From NCBI GenBank assembly GCA_021792255.1, contig JAJYUZ010000003.1:137405-201404 (forward strand): DNA of 64,000 nt. Direction: 5' to 3'. This document shows positions 1-10,468 of this stretch, one piece after another. The stretch comes from Thermoplasmata archaeon. Lineage in GTDB: Archaea; Thermoplasmatota; Thermoplasmata; Thermoplasmatales; GCA-001856825. Position 1 is the stretch's first letter. Each line of letters starts with the position of its first letter. A program made the position numbers and the translations under genes. The notes beneath the pieces were generated by a model. The model searched no databases. It was not told where the DNA came from and saw nothing but the letters and a program-made list of their open reading frames with translations.

Positions 1-512
1 CATCCTGGGCTAAGGCTATCAGCAACGGATACCCTATTTCGGCCATCTCGGGAAAGAAGGAGTACATGGAGCTTATTGGAAACGGAGTGGGGTACGGGGG
101 AACTTATTTCGGCACTCCAATATCACTTGCGGCAAGCATTGCAAATCTAAAAATCCTGGAAACTAACGAGTTTGAAGGGTACAGTCACCTGGGTAGACTT
201 ACTAGGAAAATGGCAAGAGGAATTGAAGAAACTGCTGATGACCTTGACGAACCAGTCTTCGTTAATTACGAGACAGGATTATTGACCTTCGTGTTTACGG
301 AGCAAAAACGGATAACCAATTACAGGGAAAGCATCATCATGGACTGGAACAAATACAAGGGAGTTCAGAAGAAAATGCTCCAGAAGGGAATCTATTACCA
401 TCCGGATGGAGCTGAAAGAATGCCTCTCTCTATGGTCCATACGGAAGCCGATGTGGACGCATTCCTGAGTGCTCTGAGAGACTCAATTAAGGAATATAAT
501 CGCGAGAACTGA
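1..512 (+). CDS. class-III PLP aminotransferase (glutamate-1-semialdehyde aminomutase-like), C-terminal part; the 5' end lies outside the window
   Basis: The frame of ORF 66..512 stays open back to nt 3 (..SWAKAISNGYPISAISGKKEYMEL..). The C-terminal domain pattern fits class-III aminotransferases. Confidence 0.6.
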   Translation, partial: SWAKAISNGYPISAISGKKEYMELIGNGVGYGGTYFGTPISLAASIANLKILETNEFEGYSHLGRLTRKMARGIEETADDLDEPVFVNYETGLLTFVFTEQKRITNYRESIIMDWNKYKGVQKKMLQKGIYYHPDGAERMPLSMVHTEADVDAFLSALRDSIKEYNREN

Positions 513-741
513 TTAGGTGACTTAAGGAAAAATTGATGCACAGACCCAGAGTGTCTAGAGACTTTGATTGGTCGACCATGTTACTCTCAACTCGGGATAG
601 GATTTCACACCCTTAGAAGGAATCGGACGACCAATGGAATAAGTACTGGTTTCTTGGGCGCTATGAGGATACAGGGAAATGTTACGCTGGAGAGATTAGT
701 ATGAATTTCACCTTTTGAACCTTAGTTTAATATAAATTTCT

Positions 742-757
742 ATTCTTTAGAAAGAAT
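742..757. promoter_or_regulatory. candidate operator: 7-bp inverted repeat ATTCTTT-AG-AAAGAAT just downstream of a TATA-like TTTAATATAAAT (726-737), upstream of the 785 aminotransferase gene
   Basis: Perfect palindrome read directly from the sequence. It sits between the TATA-like box and the start codon at 785. Confidence 0.3.
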
Positions 758-784
758 TGAATAGTTCGTATAGTTACTCTGACT

Positions 785-2143
785 ATGGTTGAGAAATATT
801 CCGACCGTTTAAAAGAAACTGCCAAAATTTGCACAAATTTAACATATGGTACTTGGAGGAAACAAGACGGTTGGTCTCCCCTCACCATCGAGAGTGCAGA
901 CGGATCGTATTTTACTGATAATTCCAGAAAGAGATATCTCGATTTTTCGTCGCAGTTGATGTGCTCAAATTTGGGTCACGGCAACAAGAATATCAGAGAG
1001 GCGATCTCTGCCCAGTTGGACAAATTCGAATACGTTCAACCCGGGTATGCAACCGAGGTTAGGGCAAGGGTTGCATTGCTCTTAAGGGAAGTGTTGCCTT
1101 CGTCTCTTACAAAATACTTTTTCGGTTCTTCTGGTACCGAAGCCAATGAGGCCGCTATAAAGACTGTCAGAATGTTCTTTCAGAGGGAGAGGAAGACCAA
1201 GATAATTTCTAACTACAATTCCTATCACGGATCCACGTCAGGGAGCATAAGCCTGACGGGAGATTTCAGGAGAACTCCTGTCGACACGTACTATTCAATT
1301 TCTGGAGTTGTCCATTCCATACCTCCCTACTGCTATAGGTGTCCGCTAAAACTCAAGTTCCCTGAATGCGACTTGGCTTGCGCTGACTACAACCATTATT
1401 TGGTGAAAAACGAAGGCAACATAGGAGGAATGATCGTTGAACCGGTCACGGGAACAAATGGAGTAATCGTCCCTCCCGATGGCTACCTCCAGAGGATAAG
1501 GGAAATTACGAAGGAAAATGACGTTCTCCTAATTGCAGACGAAGTCATGAGTGGCTGGGGTCGAACGGGGGAGTGGTTTGCGGTAGATCACTGGGGGGTG
1601 AAGCCTGACATTCTTACAACTGCAAAGGGCATAACCGGGGCCTATCTTCCGTTGTCGCTCATGGCCACAAATAAGAGAATCGCTGACTACTTTGACGAAA
1701 ACTATTTTGCCCACGGTCACACCTACGAAGCCCATCCGGTTGCACTTGCAGCTGCTAACGCCGCAATAAAAGAGTACAAAGAAATGAATCTGATAGTAAG
1801 ATCGAGAGAGATGGGAAAGAAGCTAGGCAAGAGGCTGGAGGAGATCAAGGAAAGACATAAGTCTGTAGGTGATGTTAGAAGCATAGGTCTGTTTGGAGCA
1901 GTTGAGTTAGTCAAAGATAGGAATAAGAAAACTCCTTTCAACGTGTACGAAGAAAAGTTGGAAGGAAAGACCCTAATGACTGACAGAGTTTCAAGAAAAG
2001 CAATGGAGCAGGGAGTCTATATAAATAACTGGTTAAATCACTTCGTGCTCGCTCCTCCTCTGGTGATAACTGAAGAAGAGCTTTCAAAGGGGCTCGATAC
2101 TCTTGACGCATGCTTGGAAATTTCTGACAGGGAGGTTGAATAG
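785..2143 (+). CDS. class-III omega-amino acid aminotransferase (beta-alanine/beta-aminoisobutyrate:pyruvate type)
   Basis: 452 aa. Motifs: GHGN, SGTEANE, DEVMSGWGRTG, PLP-lysine context ILTTAKG. Directly abuts the next gene (TAG then ATG). Confidence 0.8.
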   Translation: MVEKYSDRLKETAKICTNLTYGTWRKQDGWSPLTIESADGSYFTDNSRKRYLDFSSQLMCSNLGHGNKNIREAISAQLDKFEYVQPGYATEVRARVALLLREVLPSSLTKYFFGSSGTEANEAAIKTVRMFFQRERKTKIISNYNSYHGSTSGSISLTGDFRRTPVDTYYSISGVVHSIPPYCYRCPLKLKFPECDLACADYNHYLVKNEGNIGGMIVEPVTGTNGVIVPPDGYLQRIREITKENDVLLIADEVMSGWGRTGEWFAVDHWGVKPDILTTAKGITGAYLPLSLMATNKRIADYFDENYFAHGHTYEAHPVALAAANAAIKEYKEMNLIVRSREMGKKLGKRLEEIKERHKSVGDVRSIGLFGAVELVKDRNKKTPFNVYEEKLEGKTLMTDRVSRKAMEQGVYINNWLNHFVLAPPLVITEEELSKGLDTLDACLEISDREVE

Positions 2144-3592
2144 ATGAGAACCATAAAGAATTACGTAAACTCAAAATTCGAGGACGGCGAAGGACAGGAG
2201 ATGTACGAAGTGTTCAACCCAGCTTTCGGGAAAAGGATCGCGTACGTCAGAGAGGGAAAGAGAGAAGAGACAAACAGGGCGATTGATGAAGCTCACGATG
2301 CACAGACAAAGTGGCAGCAAGTTCCAGTATCTGACCGTATAAAATTTCTCTTCAGACTTGAGAACCTAATGTGGAACAGGTTGGATCAGATAGCTGAGGT
2401 CACGACAAATGAACACGGGAAGACATTTGAGGAGTCCAAAGGAGATGTGGTGAGAGCAATTCAGAATGTTGAGTCTGCCGCAGCGGCGAGTTATCAGCTA
2501 ATGGGAAGGAACAACAGACAGATCGCTTCTGGAATTGATGAGGAACTCGTTAGGGTCCCGCTAGGCGTGTGTGCAGTGATCTCTCCCTTCAATTTTCCGG
2601 TTATGATTCCATTCTGGTTTTTTCCGTATGCAGTAACTTTGGGGAATACCGTCGTTATCAAGCCATCTGAAAAGACTCCAATGAGCATGGAAATGATAAT
2701 GGACCTGGTCAAAGACTCGGGCTACCCTGACGGAGTCATACAACTCATAAACGGAGGGAAGGAAGTTGTGGACTACATTCTCGAGAATAAGAAAATAGCG
2801 GGAGTGAGTTTTGTCGGATCCACTCCCGTCGCAGAGTACGTCTACAAGAAGGGAACCTCAAACAGGAAGAGAGTTCAAGGAGGAGCATCCGCAAAAAACT
2901 ACATTCTCGTAATGCCTGATGCTGATCTCGATGGAAGCATAGATAACATGATTGGATCCTTCTACGGTAATGCCGGGGAAAGGTGCCTCGCTGGGTCAGT
3001 ACTTGTGACGTTCCCAGAAAATCATGACAGGGTCTTAGACGCATTCAAGAGAAGGGCAAAGGAACTGAAGCTGGGATACGGAATGGAAAAAACGACAGAC
3101 ATGGGTCCTCTAATAAGAAGGGATCATATGGAAAGGGTTGAAAGGTACATTGATGCGGGACGCAATGAAGGGGGGAAAATCGTGCTCGATGGAAGAGACT
3201 CTAGGTGCAGCGAGTACCCAGAAGGTTTCTTCCTAGGACCATCAATCATAGACAATGTGGCGGAAGGAATGACTGTAATGAACGAAGAGATATTTGGACC
3301 GGTTGCATCAGTCCATACTTCTGATTCATTTGAACACGCTCTTGAAGTAATAAACAAAAGCAGATATGGGAATGCATCCTCGATCTATACGACCTCTGGT
3401 AAAAGCGCAAAGAGATTCTCAGAAAGGATAGAGGCAGGTAACATAGGTGTGAATGTGGGAGTAGCTGCTCCCATAGCATTCTATCCGTTCTCTGGAATGA
3501 AAGACTCATTCTTTGGTGACCTGCACCCACAGGGTGGGGACGATGGTATCTCGTTTTTCACTGAGAGAAAGGTGATTATCTCAAAGTGGTAA
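2144..3592 (+). CDS. mmsA: methylmalonate/malonate-semialdehyde dehydrogenase (CoA-acylating ALDH)
   Basis: 482 aa ALDH fold. It has GASAKNYILVMPDAD instead of the ELGGK general-base motif, the catalytic Cys in GERCLAG, and the C-terminal IGVNVGVAAPIAFYPFSGMKDSFFGDLH typical of MMSDH. Confidence 0.75.
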   Translation: MRTIKNYVNSKFEDGEGQEMYEVFNPAFGKRIAYVREGKREETNRAIDEAHDAQTKWQQVPVSDRIKFLFRLENLMWNRLDQIAEVTTNEHGKTFEESKGDVVRAIQNVESAAAASYQLMGRNNRQIASGIDEELVRVPLGVCAVISPFNFPVMIPFWFFPYAVTLGNTVVIKPSEKTPMSMEMIMDLVKDSGYPDGVIQLINGGKEVVDYILENKKIAGVSFVGSTPVAEYVYKKGTSNRKRVQGGASAKNYILVMPDADLDGSIDNMIGSFYGNAGERCLAGSVLVTFPENHDRVLDAFKRRAKELKLGYGMEKTTDMGPLIRRDHMERVERYIDAGRNEGGKIVLDGRDSRCSEYPEGFFLGPSIIDNVAEGMTVMNEEIFGPVASVHTSDSFEHALEVINKSRYGNASSIYTTSGKSAKRFSERIEAGNIGVNVGVAAPIAFYPFSGMKDSFFGDLHPQGGDDGISFFTERKVIISKW

Positions 3593-3712
3593 AACAGTAT
3601 TACCTCTAAATTTCTAATTTTATCTCATTATCTCTGGAAAATTTAGCAAAAATGCATCAAATTTTGAGAATAATAGACGGCAAACTTTAAATTAGGTGAT
3701 TGTTTGTAATGG

Positions 3713-5608
3713 TTGACGGTTAAGATGAAGCGTTCTGTTATAACAATAATTGTGGTGGTAGTGGTATTAATCGTAATTGTTTCCTCATTAGGAGTCTATG
3801 AAATAAATCAAAAGAAATCTAGCACTCCGGACACACTGGTCGTCGAGGAGCCACAACCCTATGACAGTCTCGATCCTGCAGTGACTTTTGCTACGCCTGG
3901 GTGGGAAATAATGAATCAAGTCTATCAGGGATTGGTGGCACCGAATGGAACAAGCGAAACATCTTTTGTCCCAGTACTGGCACAAAACTGGTCGGTCTCT
4001 TCTGATGGAATGAGCTATACTTTCTTCCTCAGACATAACGTCACATTTTCGAATGGAGATCCCTTCAATGCGTACGTAATGTGGTTCTCTCTTTACAGGA
4101 ACATGATGGTGAATCAAGCCCCCGAATTCATTCTTGGACAGAACATGGCCACGAACAATACCGCGACTAATGACACGTTCAATATAACAACCTCATTTCT
4201 GAATGACACTAATTACACGAGCCCTAGTCCTTCTTCGCTCAGCGTAATGAACAATCCAAATCAGTCAGTGCAAGTCATAAATGCCTATGAACTGAAAATA
4301 AACATGGGTTGGGGATACAACGGTTACCTTCCATACAATCAGTTCCTCATGACGCTTACTACTCCTATGGCAGCAGCGGTCGACCCTATCGTAGTACATA
4401 ATCACGGAGGAGTGGTGGCAGGACAGCCCAATTCCTATATGGCAGCCAACGCGAACGGAACTGGATTTTATATGATAAGATCTATTACTCCGGAACAAAG
4501 TGTTACACTAGAGATAAACCCTAATTACTGGGGAGATAAGCTTCCTTCAAACCAGCTCAATGATGCTATCAGTCCTCCTCACATTAAATACATAGTGATA
4601 GAATACAAGCAGACATCCGCCATGATTTCTGATCTCAAGGGTGGCAAGGCTCAAATAGTCCAGCTCCCAGTCACGGATTATGCGAGTGCACAATCAATTT
4701 CAGGAGTTAACGCGAGTCTCCTTCCCATCAAATTTGGTTCATCTGAAAATGCGTACTACGTATTCATGGATCAGAACGTAGCGCCATTTAATGGATCCTC
4801 GGGCATCTACGTCAGAGCGGCCGTAACATACGCACTGAACTATACTGGGTTGATAAATTCCGTTTTCGGTGGCAGGGCCGTTCAATGGATTGGACCTGTG
4901 CCACCGGGATTTGAATACTACAACCGGTCGTTCTCGAGTTTGACACCGTCAGAACTCCAGTACATGCAGTCTCAGGGGTACACTTCTAATGTCACTTCTC
5001 TGAGTCCTTACCAGTACAATGCCTCTCTTGCTGCGGAATATCTCCATATGGCTGGATATCGCGCCGTTTTCCCTAACGGAACCGTACAACAGGGTCCAAA
5101 TGGTAGTCTACCATCCATCAACTTCCTTTACGATTCTGAAGACCCATCGCAAGTCTTAGCTTCTCAAATTATCGTGCAATATCTCGGAGCAATAGGTATC
5201 AACGTCACCCTGAAACCACTCACAAGCACACCTTACACATCGTGGATTTACGGAATTCTTGGGAACACGTCAGACTATCCTATGGGTATCAACTTTTACA
5301 CCGAAGACTATTCTGCAGCAATAGATTACGTTACAAATCTTGCAGCCGGTTACTACAACGGGACGGGTTACTGGAACAACACTGTTTTCAACTGGACAGT
5401 AAATGCCAGTACATCCTTTAACGATAACATAGTCGCACAGAACTTAACGTACATAACTTACGCAATGTATACCAACTACACCATGGCGTGGCTCTACGTA
5501 CCATATTTCCTCCAGGTTCATACCACAGACGTCACGGGAATGATCCCCAATACCGCAGGATCTGGAGCGGGTTACTTTATGTACTATAACACTGTGCAGT
5601 TCACATAA
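3713..5608 (+). CDS. ABC transporter substrate-binding protein, family 5 (peptide/nickel type), membrane-anchored, sequon-rich
   Basis: 631 aa. N-terminal hydrophobic anchor (ITIIVVVVVLIVIVSS) and an SBP_bac_5-like core (YDSLDP, VPVLAQNWSVSSDG..YTFFLR..V.FSNG). 26 N-X-S/T sequons by hand count. The start may be ATG 3725 rather than TTG 3713. Confidence 0.75.
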   Translation: MTVKMKRSVITIIVVVVVLIVIVSSLGVYEINQKKSSTPDTLVVEEPQPYDSLDPAVTFATPGWEIMNQVYQGLVAPNGTSETSFVPVLAQNWSVSSDGMSYTFFLRHNVTFSNGDPFNAYVMWFSLYRNMMVNQAPEFILGQNMATNNTATNDTFNITTSFLNDTNYTSPSPSSLSVMNNPNQSVQVINAYELKINMGWGYNGYLPYNQFLMTLTTPMAAAVDPIVVHNHGGVVAGQPNSYMAANANGTGFYMIRSITPEQSVTLEINPNYWGDKLPSNQLNDAISPPHIKYIVIEYKQTSAMISDLKGGKAQIVQLPVTDYASAQSISGVNASLLPIKFGSSENAYYVFMDQNVAPFNGSSGIYVRAAVTYALNYTGLINSVFGGRAVQWIGPVPPGFEYYNRSFSSLTPSELQYMQSQGYTSNVTSLSPYQYNASLAAEYLHMAGYRAVFPNGTVQQGPNGSLPSINFLYDSEDPSQVLASQIIVQYLGAIGINVTLKPLTSTPYTSWIYGILGNTSDYPMGINFYTEDYSAAIDYVTNLAAGYYNGTGYWNNTVFNWTVNASTSFNDNIVAQNLTYITYAMYTNYTMAWLYVPYFLQVHTTDVTGMIPNTAGSGAGYFMYYNTVQFT

Positions 5609-5617
5609 GGTGATCCA

Positions 5618-6652
5618 TTGGAGGGGAAACAGGAACTGGCGTACTTCATCCTCAGAAGAATTGGTCTGTCAGTACTCGTCATACTGGGGACAATTGTTAT
5701 AATTTTTTTAATTTCTCATTATCTTAGCAAGGATCCTGCAGCTCTATGGGCAGGTCCAAAAGCTAGACCATCAACTATAGCAGCCGTCATCAGGAGGTAC
5801 GACCTCAACAAGCCAATCTGGTTCCAGTTATCTCTATTCATAAAGGATTTCTTTACCGGGAACTTTGGTACCGATCCCGTCACCGGCCTCTCGATAAGCA
5901 ATGAAATATTCTACTACTTCCCAAACACGCTTGAGCTGATCCTCACATCTCTTGTGATAATAGTTTTAACCGGAGTCGGTCTGGGATATATTTCCGCAAT
6001 CAACTTCGGATCAAAGAAGGATGCGTTCATAAGAATTCTCTATACTGCTGCGTGGGCTTCTCCAACTTTTCTCGTTAGTATTCTTGCGATAATTTTGTTC
6101 ACCTCATACATACCCCTATTCCCCTCCAGCGGGATGTATTCCGCGATCATTATTCCGCCACATCGCATTACAGGACTGTTCATACTGGACTCTCTCATCT
6201 CTCTGAATTTCGGAGACTTTACGGACGGAATATATCACATCATTCTTCCAGCCCTATCGCTTGCGTTCCTCAATTTCGGCATAATCACGAGAATAAGCAG
6301 AAATGGAATTCTTGGAGTCAAATGGCTTCCCTACGTAAAATCTGCGAGAGCGAGAGGGCTCGATAATAGGAGTGTTAACAGGAGGCATATACTCAGAAAT
6401 GGACTTGTTGAGAGTAATACCGTTATTGCAGTAATGTTTGGCTGGTTAATCACTGGCGATGTCATTGTTGAAGAAATCTTTGGCTGGCCGGGAATAGGCA
6501 GATTCGCCTATACTACTATCGCAAACGATGATTATCCCGCACTGATATTCATAGTGATTGTTTTTACAATTCTGGTCATCGTAGCCAATCTTGTCGCGGA
6601 TATAATGTACGCAGCACTCGATCCAAGAATAAGGTTGGGTGGTGAGGATTGA
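5618..6652 (+). CDS. ABC transporter permease (DppB/OppB type)
   Basis: 344 aa, multi-TM. C-terminal ANLVADIMYAALDPRIR signature. AAGGTGA Shine-Dalgarno sequence 4 nt before the TTG start. Confidence 0.85.
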   Translation: MEGKQELAYFILRRIGLSVLVILGTIVIIFLISHYLSKDPAALWAGPKARPSTIAAVIRRYDLNKPIWFQLSLFIKDFFTGNFGTDPVTGLSISNEIFYYFPNTLELILTSLVIIVLTGVGLGYISAINFGSKKDAFIRILYTAAWASPTFLVSILAIILFTSYIPLFPSSGMYSAIIIPPHRITGLFILDSLISLNFGDFTDGIYHIILPALSLAFLNFGIITRISRNGILGVKWLPYVKSARARGLDNRSVNRRHILRNGLVESNTVIAVMFGWLITGDVIVEEIFGWPGIGRFAYTTIANDDYPALIFIVIVFTILVIVANLVADIMYAALDPRIRLGGED

Positions 6653-7575
6653 AGCCCGTTCTGAAGAGGCCTCTAGAGATCGTGATGAGCAACAGACTAT
6701 CTGGAAGCGGTTTCATAATTATTGCGGTGTTTGTGCTAATAGGTTTGGCGTACGTCATTTTTGGAAATCATTTGGTTCCGTACAATCCGCTTAAAATCAA
6801 CCTCTCTGACGTCAATGCTCCTCCAACTTTCTCTCACGTCTTTGGAACCGATCAACTGGGGAGAGACATATTCTCCAGAGTGGTCGCCGCCATCCCGATA
6901 GACATAGGGCTATCGATTTTCATTGTCGCTGTTTCTGCCCTCGTCGGTCTATTCTTGGGTACTTTTGCGGGCTATTTCAGAGGGATAGTGGAGGAGGTGA
7001 TAATGCGCCTGACGGACTTGTTCTTTGCCTTTCCACCTCTTGTCATGTCTATGGCCATTGCTGCTACTCTTGGGCCGAGCCTTATCAATGCAGCCTTCTC
7101 AATCATATTCGTGTGGTGGCCTCCGTACGTGAGACTGGTGAGAGGGAGCACACTCCAAGTCTCAGCGAGCGACTTCATAACAATGTCTAAAGTCCTCAAT
7201 ACAAGATTTTTCAAGATAATGTTCAAGGGCATTCTCCCAAACATTATGACAACACTCGTCGTCTACGCTACGATGGATATAGGAACTGCAATGCTGACCC
7301 TTTCATCTCTGGGATTCTTAGGAATTGGGATACCGGTATATCAGCCCGAGCTTGGCCTAATGTCATCAATACTAACCACTAACCTGTATACGGATCCGTT
7401 AGAAGGGCTAATACCTGCGTTATTCCTGTTCATCATAGTGATGGGATTCAGTCTTATGGGAGAGGGACTGGCAGAAATAATTGACCCGAACATCAGGTCT
7501 CATCTGTTCTCTAGAAGAAGAAGATTGGAAGAAATCAAAAAGGCAAGTGAAAAGAAGGCTAAGGTAGCCGACTGA
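6649..7575 (+). CDS. ABC transporter permease (DppC/OppC type)
   Basis: 308 aa, multi-TM. HVFGTDQLGRDIFSRV motif. TTGA start/stop overlap with the preceding permease. Confidence 0.85.
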   Translation: MKPVLKRPLEIVMSNRLSGSGFIIIAVFVLIGLAYVIFGNHLVPYNPLKINLSDVNAPPTFSHVFGTDQLGRDIFSRVVAAIPIDIGLSIFIVAVSALVGLFLGTFAGYFRGIVEEVIMRLTDLFFAFPPLVMSMAIAATLGPSLINAAFSIIFVWWPPYVRLVRGSTLQVSASDFITMSKVLNTRFFKIMFKGILPNIMTTLVVYATMDIGTAMLTLSSLGFLGIGIPVYQPELGLMSSILTTNLYTDPLEGLIPALFLFIIVMGFSLMGEGLAEIIDPNIRSHLFSRRRRLEEIKKASEKKAKVAD

Positions 7576-7584
7576 TCATCTCTT

Positions 7585-8376
7585 TTACTTGTCAGAATTT
7601 TTCTTGGATCTGAATGAGGGGATAGGTACGAAGATGAGAGCAATGATCACAATGATTAGTATGACCATTATCTCATTGCTGGCTTGTGGAATGTATTCTG
7701 TCTGTCCCGTAACCCAAAGCTTGAGGACCCCAAACACTGGCAGATAGCCAACAGCATATCCGACTACCTGAGTTGTATTCACCAGACTACCGTAGTCAAT
7801 GCCGGTATCCTGGTCTGCGGCAATGGTGTAATTTCCGTCAACTCCTCCAATTCTGTTGGCGAAATTGTTATCTCCCATAGTCACGAATCCTTCCTGCCCG
7901 ATCACGTTCTGTAGTTTTACTTCCAGATTTTGGTGAGTGTAACCCACGTCCGTGATGTAGACGTTTGACCCCTGAATCGAGAGCCAGGATGGATTGTTGT
8001 TTCCATAGAGAATGGGAGTTGTTCCAGACCAGCCTTCTACGTAAAAGATGGCCCTGTGAATTACTAGCTCCCTAAGAACGTAATTCTTGTAAACGATTAC
8101 GTTACCGAACTCGCCGTAATTTGATGGAAACCCTCTTTCTCTCGCTAGCAGATACGTCTGCACATCAGTGAACGAACTGACTTTCTTGACCGCTACGATA
8201 TCTCCCGTATTGATCACGCCAAACACGAAATTGTTTCCATGTTGCATCGAACTTGATTCAACGATAACTGCAGGAGGCCAGTTTCCAGTGTAGATGAAGA
8301 GGGATGAGAATACTATAGCCAGTACTGCCAGCATCGTAATTATGCTAATTGTTTCCTTCTTGTACTTAAGGATCAC
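7585..8376 (-). CDS. archaeal-type signal peptidase I (Sec11/S26B)
   Basis: 263 aa. N-terminal TM, Ser box VESSSMQHG, His box LVIHRAIFY, and MGDNN box. A C-terminal TM is also present. Confidence 0.7.
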   Translation of the reverse strand: MILKYKKETISIITMLAVLAIVFSSLFIYTGNWPPAVIVESSSMQHGNNFVFGVINTGDIVAVKKVSSFTDVQTYLLARERGFPSNYGEFGNVIVYKNYVLRELVIHRAIFYVEGWSGTTPILYGNNNPSWLSIQGSNVYITDVGYTHQNLEVKLQNVIGQEGFVTMGDNNFANRIGGVDGNYTIAADQDTGIDYGSLVNTTQVVGYAVGYLPVFGVLKLWVTGQTEYIPQASNEIMVILIIVIIALIFVPIPSFRSKKNSDK

Positions 8377-8479
8377 CGCGGGTTTAGATGATTATCAATT
8401 AAAGTATTTGCTGTCGAGTCTAAGTGGAAAAAATTTATAGACACAATGTTTTATTAATCAGAACTATTTAACTGCTGAA

Positions 8480-8974
8480 ATGAAGGATGGAAAAATTACA
8501 TTAGATCAACTTAATAGCCTCGACAAGAAGATTCTACTTAGCATCTTCGAAACGAGAGAGACAAATCTGAGCGTCATTTCTAAAAAAGTTGGAGTTTCAA
8601 AATCCACAGTTCACAATAGATTGAAGAAAATGAAGAGTAGCAATTTCCTAAAGGGGGTCATACCTCTCATTAATCAAGCGAACCTCGATAGAGGTATCAC
8701 TGCAATTTCCTTGATCAGGTCAAAATATGGCCCAGAATACGGAGAAGCAATGGGAGCTAAAATTGCTAAGATCAGGGGAGTATGGGCCGTCTATTTCGTT
8801 CTAGGAAGCATAGATTTTGTCGCTATGATCCGTGCAAAGAACAAAACAGATCTTGCCGCAATAGTCAACGAACTATCGAAGACTCAGGGAATAGAGAGAA
8901 GCGAGACTATAATGGCACTAAACACTGCTAAGGAAGATTTCCCAGAGTCCCTTAAGCTCATTATAAAGGATTGA
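8480..8974 (+). CDS. Lrp/AsnC family transcriptional regulator
   Basis: 164 aa. N-terminal HTH (LSVISKKVGVSKSTVHNRLKKM) plus a C-terminal RAM/AsnC_trans_reg-like domain. Confidence 0.8.
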   Translation: MKDGKITLDQLNSLDKKILLSIFETRETNLSVISKKVGVSKSTVHNRLKKMKSSNFLKGVIPLINQANLDRGITAISLIRSKYGPEYGEAMGAKIAKIRGVWAVYFVLGSIDFVAMIRAKNKTDLAAIVNELSKTQGIERSETIMALNTAKEDFPESLKLIIKD

Positions 8975-9091
8975 TGACGAATAAAGTATCTAAATCATCT
9001 AATTTAGAGTAATTTTTTTCCATTGTTATCACAACCGGAGAAACTTATCCACGATTAATATACTGGATTTCATTAATATCCGTGATGATAA

Positions 9092-10468
9092 ATGTCAATG
9101 CAAACACCGAGCAGATTGAGTATTGAAAACGCACCCATATTGAAGACAAAGGTTCCTGGACCAAAATCGATGGAATTTCTTGATATTCAAGACACACTTG
9201 AGACATCTAGCAGATCTTACACTAATTTCTTCAAATTTGCCATCGATTATGGAAAGGGATCGACATTAGTGGACGTGGATGGAAATGTCTTCATTGACTG
9301 GTTCGGAGGCGTTTCAGTTCTTAACTTGGGCCATGGACATCCCGCAGTAATGCAAGCTATAAGGACACAACTTGAGAAAATTACCCATATAACAGAAGTT
9401 CCTACCGAGGCTAGGATCAGGTATCTAAAGACCTTGAATTCTGTGTTACCGGGAAAAATGAAGGATAATTCGAAGATAATGATGACCGTCACAGGGGCGG
9501 ATGCCTGTGAGGCAGCAGTATCCCTGGCAAGATTTAATTCAAAGAAACCAACCATTATCTCTTTCACGGGCTCATACCACGGCATCGCTGGCGGAATTGT
9601 AGGAGCCACTTCTAATTATCATTATAGAGATTACGCGGGGTTCTCTTCGCAGAATTATGTGTATGCACCCTACCCGTATCCGTACAGATTTTCTAAAAAA
9701 ACGAAAAAGGAAGACATCTCAAAGGAGGTCGTAGAGAGAATTGAAGACATGATTGGTGATCCGTACTCTGGTATCCCTCCTGTCGGAGGGATTATCGTTG
9801 AGCCTATTCAGGGAGAGGGTGGGTACATCGTGCCACCAGATGATTTTCTACCAATGCTTAGAGAAACTTGTGACAACCACTCCATCCCTCTCATAATAGA
9901 CGAGGTTCAGAGCGGAATAGGAAGAACAGGAAAGATGTGGGCCTCTGAATATCTCAATGTCACTCCTGATATAATGTGCATCTCAAAGAGCATTGGTGGA
10001 GGTATTCCCATTTCCTCTGTAGTCTACAGGAAGGATTTTGACCAGGTACCTAAGGCATTCCATCTGGGAACGTACAGGGGGAATCCACTGGGACTGGCCG
10101 CAGGAGCGGCAATTTTGGACGTGGTAAAGGATGAAAAATTCCTGGAAAGGGTCAGATCTAAGGGAAGATATCTGTTGGACAGATTCCAGGAAATCAAGGA
10201 TCAAACTGAGATCGTTGGGGATGTGAGGGGGAGAGGTTACATGGCAGCGGCCGAGATCGTTAATAGCAGGAATGATAAGACCCCAGGAACCGAGCTTACG
10301 GGAAACATAAGAGAGGCGTTATTCAGGAAGGGACTGCTGATGCACACTTGCGGACATTACGGCAACGCAATGCGGTTCATGGCTCCTCTGACTATAGAAG
10401 ATGATCTTCTCGATAAAGGATTATCTATCTTTGAAGAAACGATCAGGAAAACGGAAGTAAGATCATGA
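9092..10468 (+). CDS. class-III aminotransferase, 4-aminobutyrate (GabT) type
   Basis: 458 aa. Motifs: LGHGHP, VTGADACEAA, DEVQSGIGRTG, PLP-lysine context MCISKSIGGG. Confidence 0.8.
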   Translation: MSMQTPSRLSIENAPILKTKVPGPKSMEFLDIQDTLETSSRSYTNFFKFAIDYGKGSTLVDVDGNVFIDWFGGVSVLNLGHGHPAVMQAIRTQLEKITHITEVPTEARIRYLKTLNSVLPGKMKDNSKIMMTVTGADACEAAVSLARFNSKKPTIISFTGSYHGIAGGIVGATSNYHYRDYAGFSSQNYVYAPYPYPYRFSKKTKKEDISKEVVERIEDMIGDPYSGIPPVGGIIVEPIQGEGGYIVPPDDFLPMLRETCDNHSIPLIIDEVQSGIGRTGKMWASEYLNVTPDIMCISKSIGGGIPISSVVYRKDFDQVPKAFHLGTYRGNPLGLAAGAAILDVVKDEKFLERVRSKGRYLLDRFQEIKDQTEIVGDVRGRGYMAAAEIVNSRNDKTPGTELTGNIREALFRKGLLMHTCGHYGNAMRFMAPLTIEDDLLDKGLSIFEETIRKTEVRS

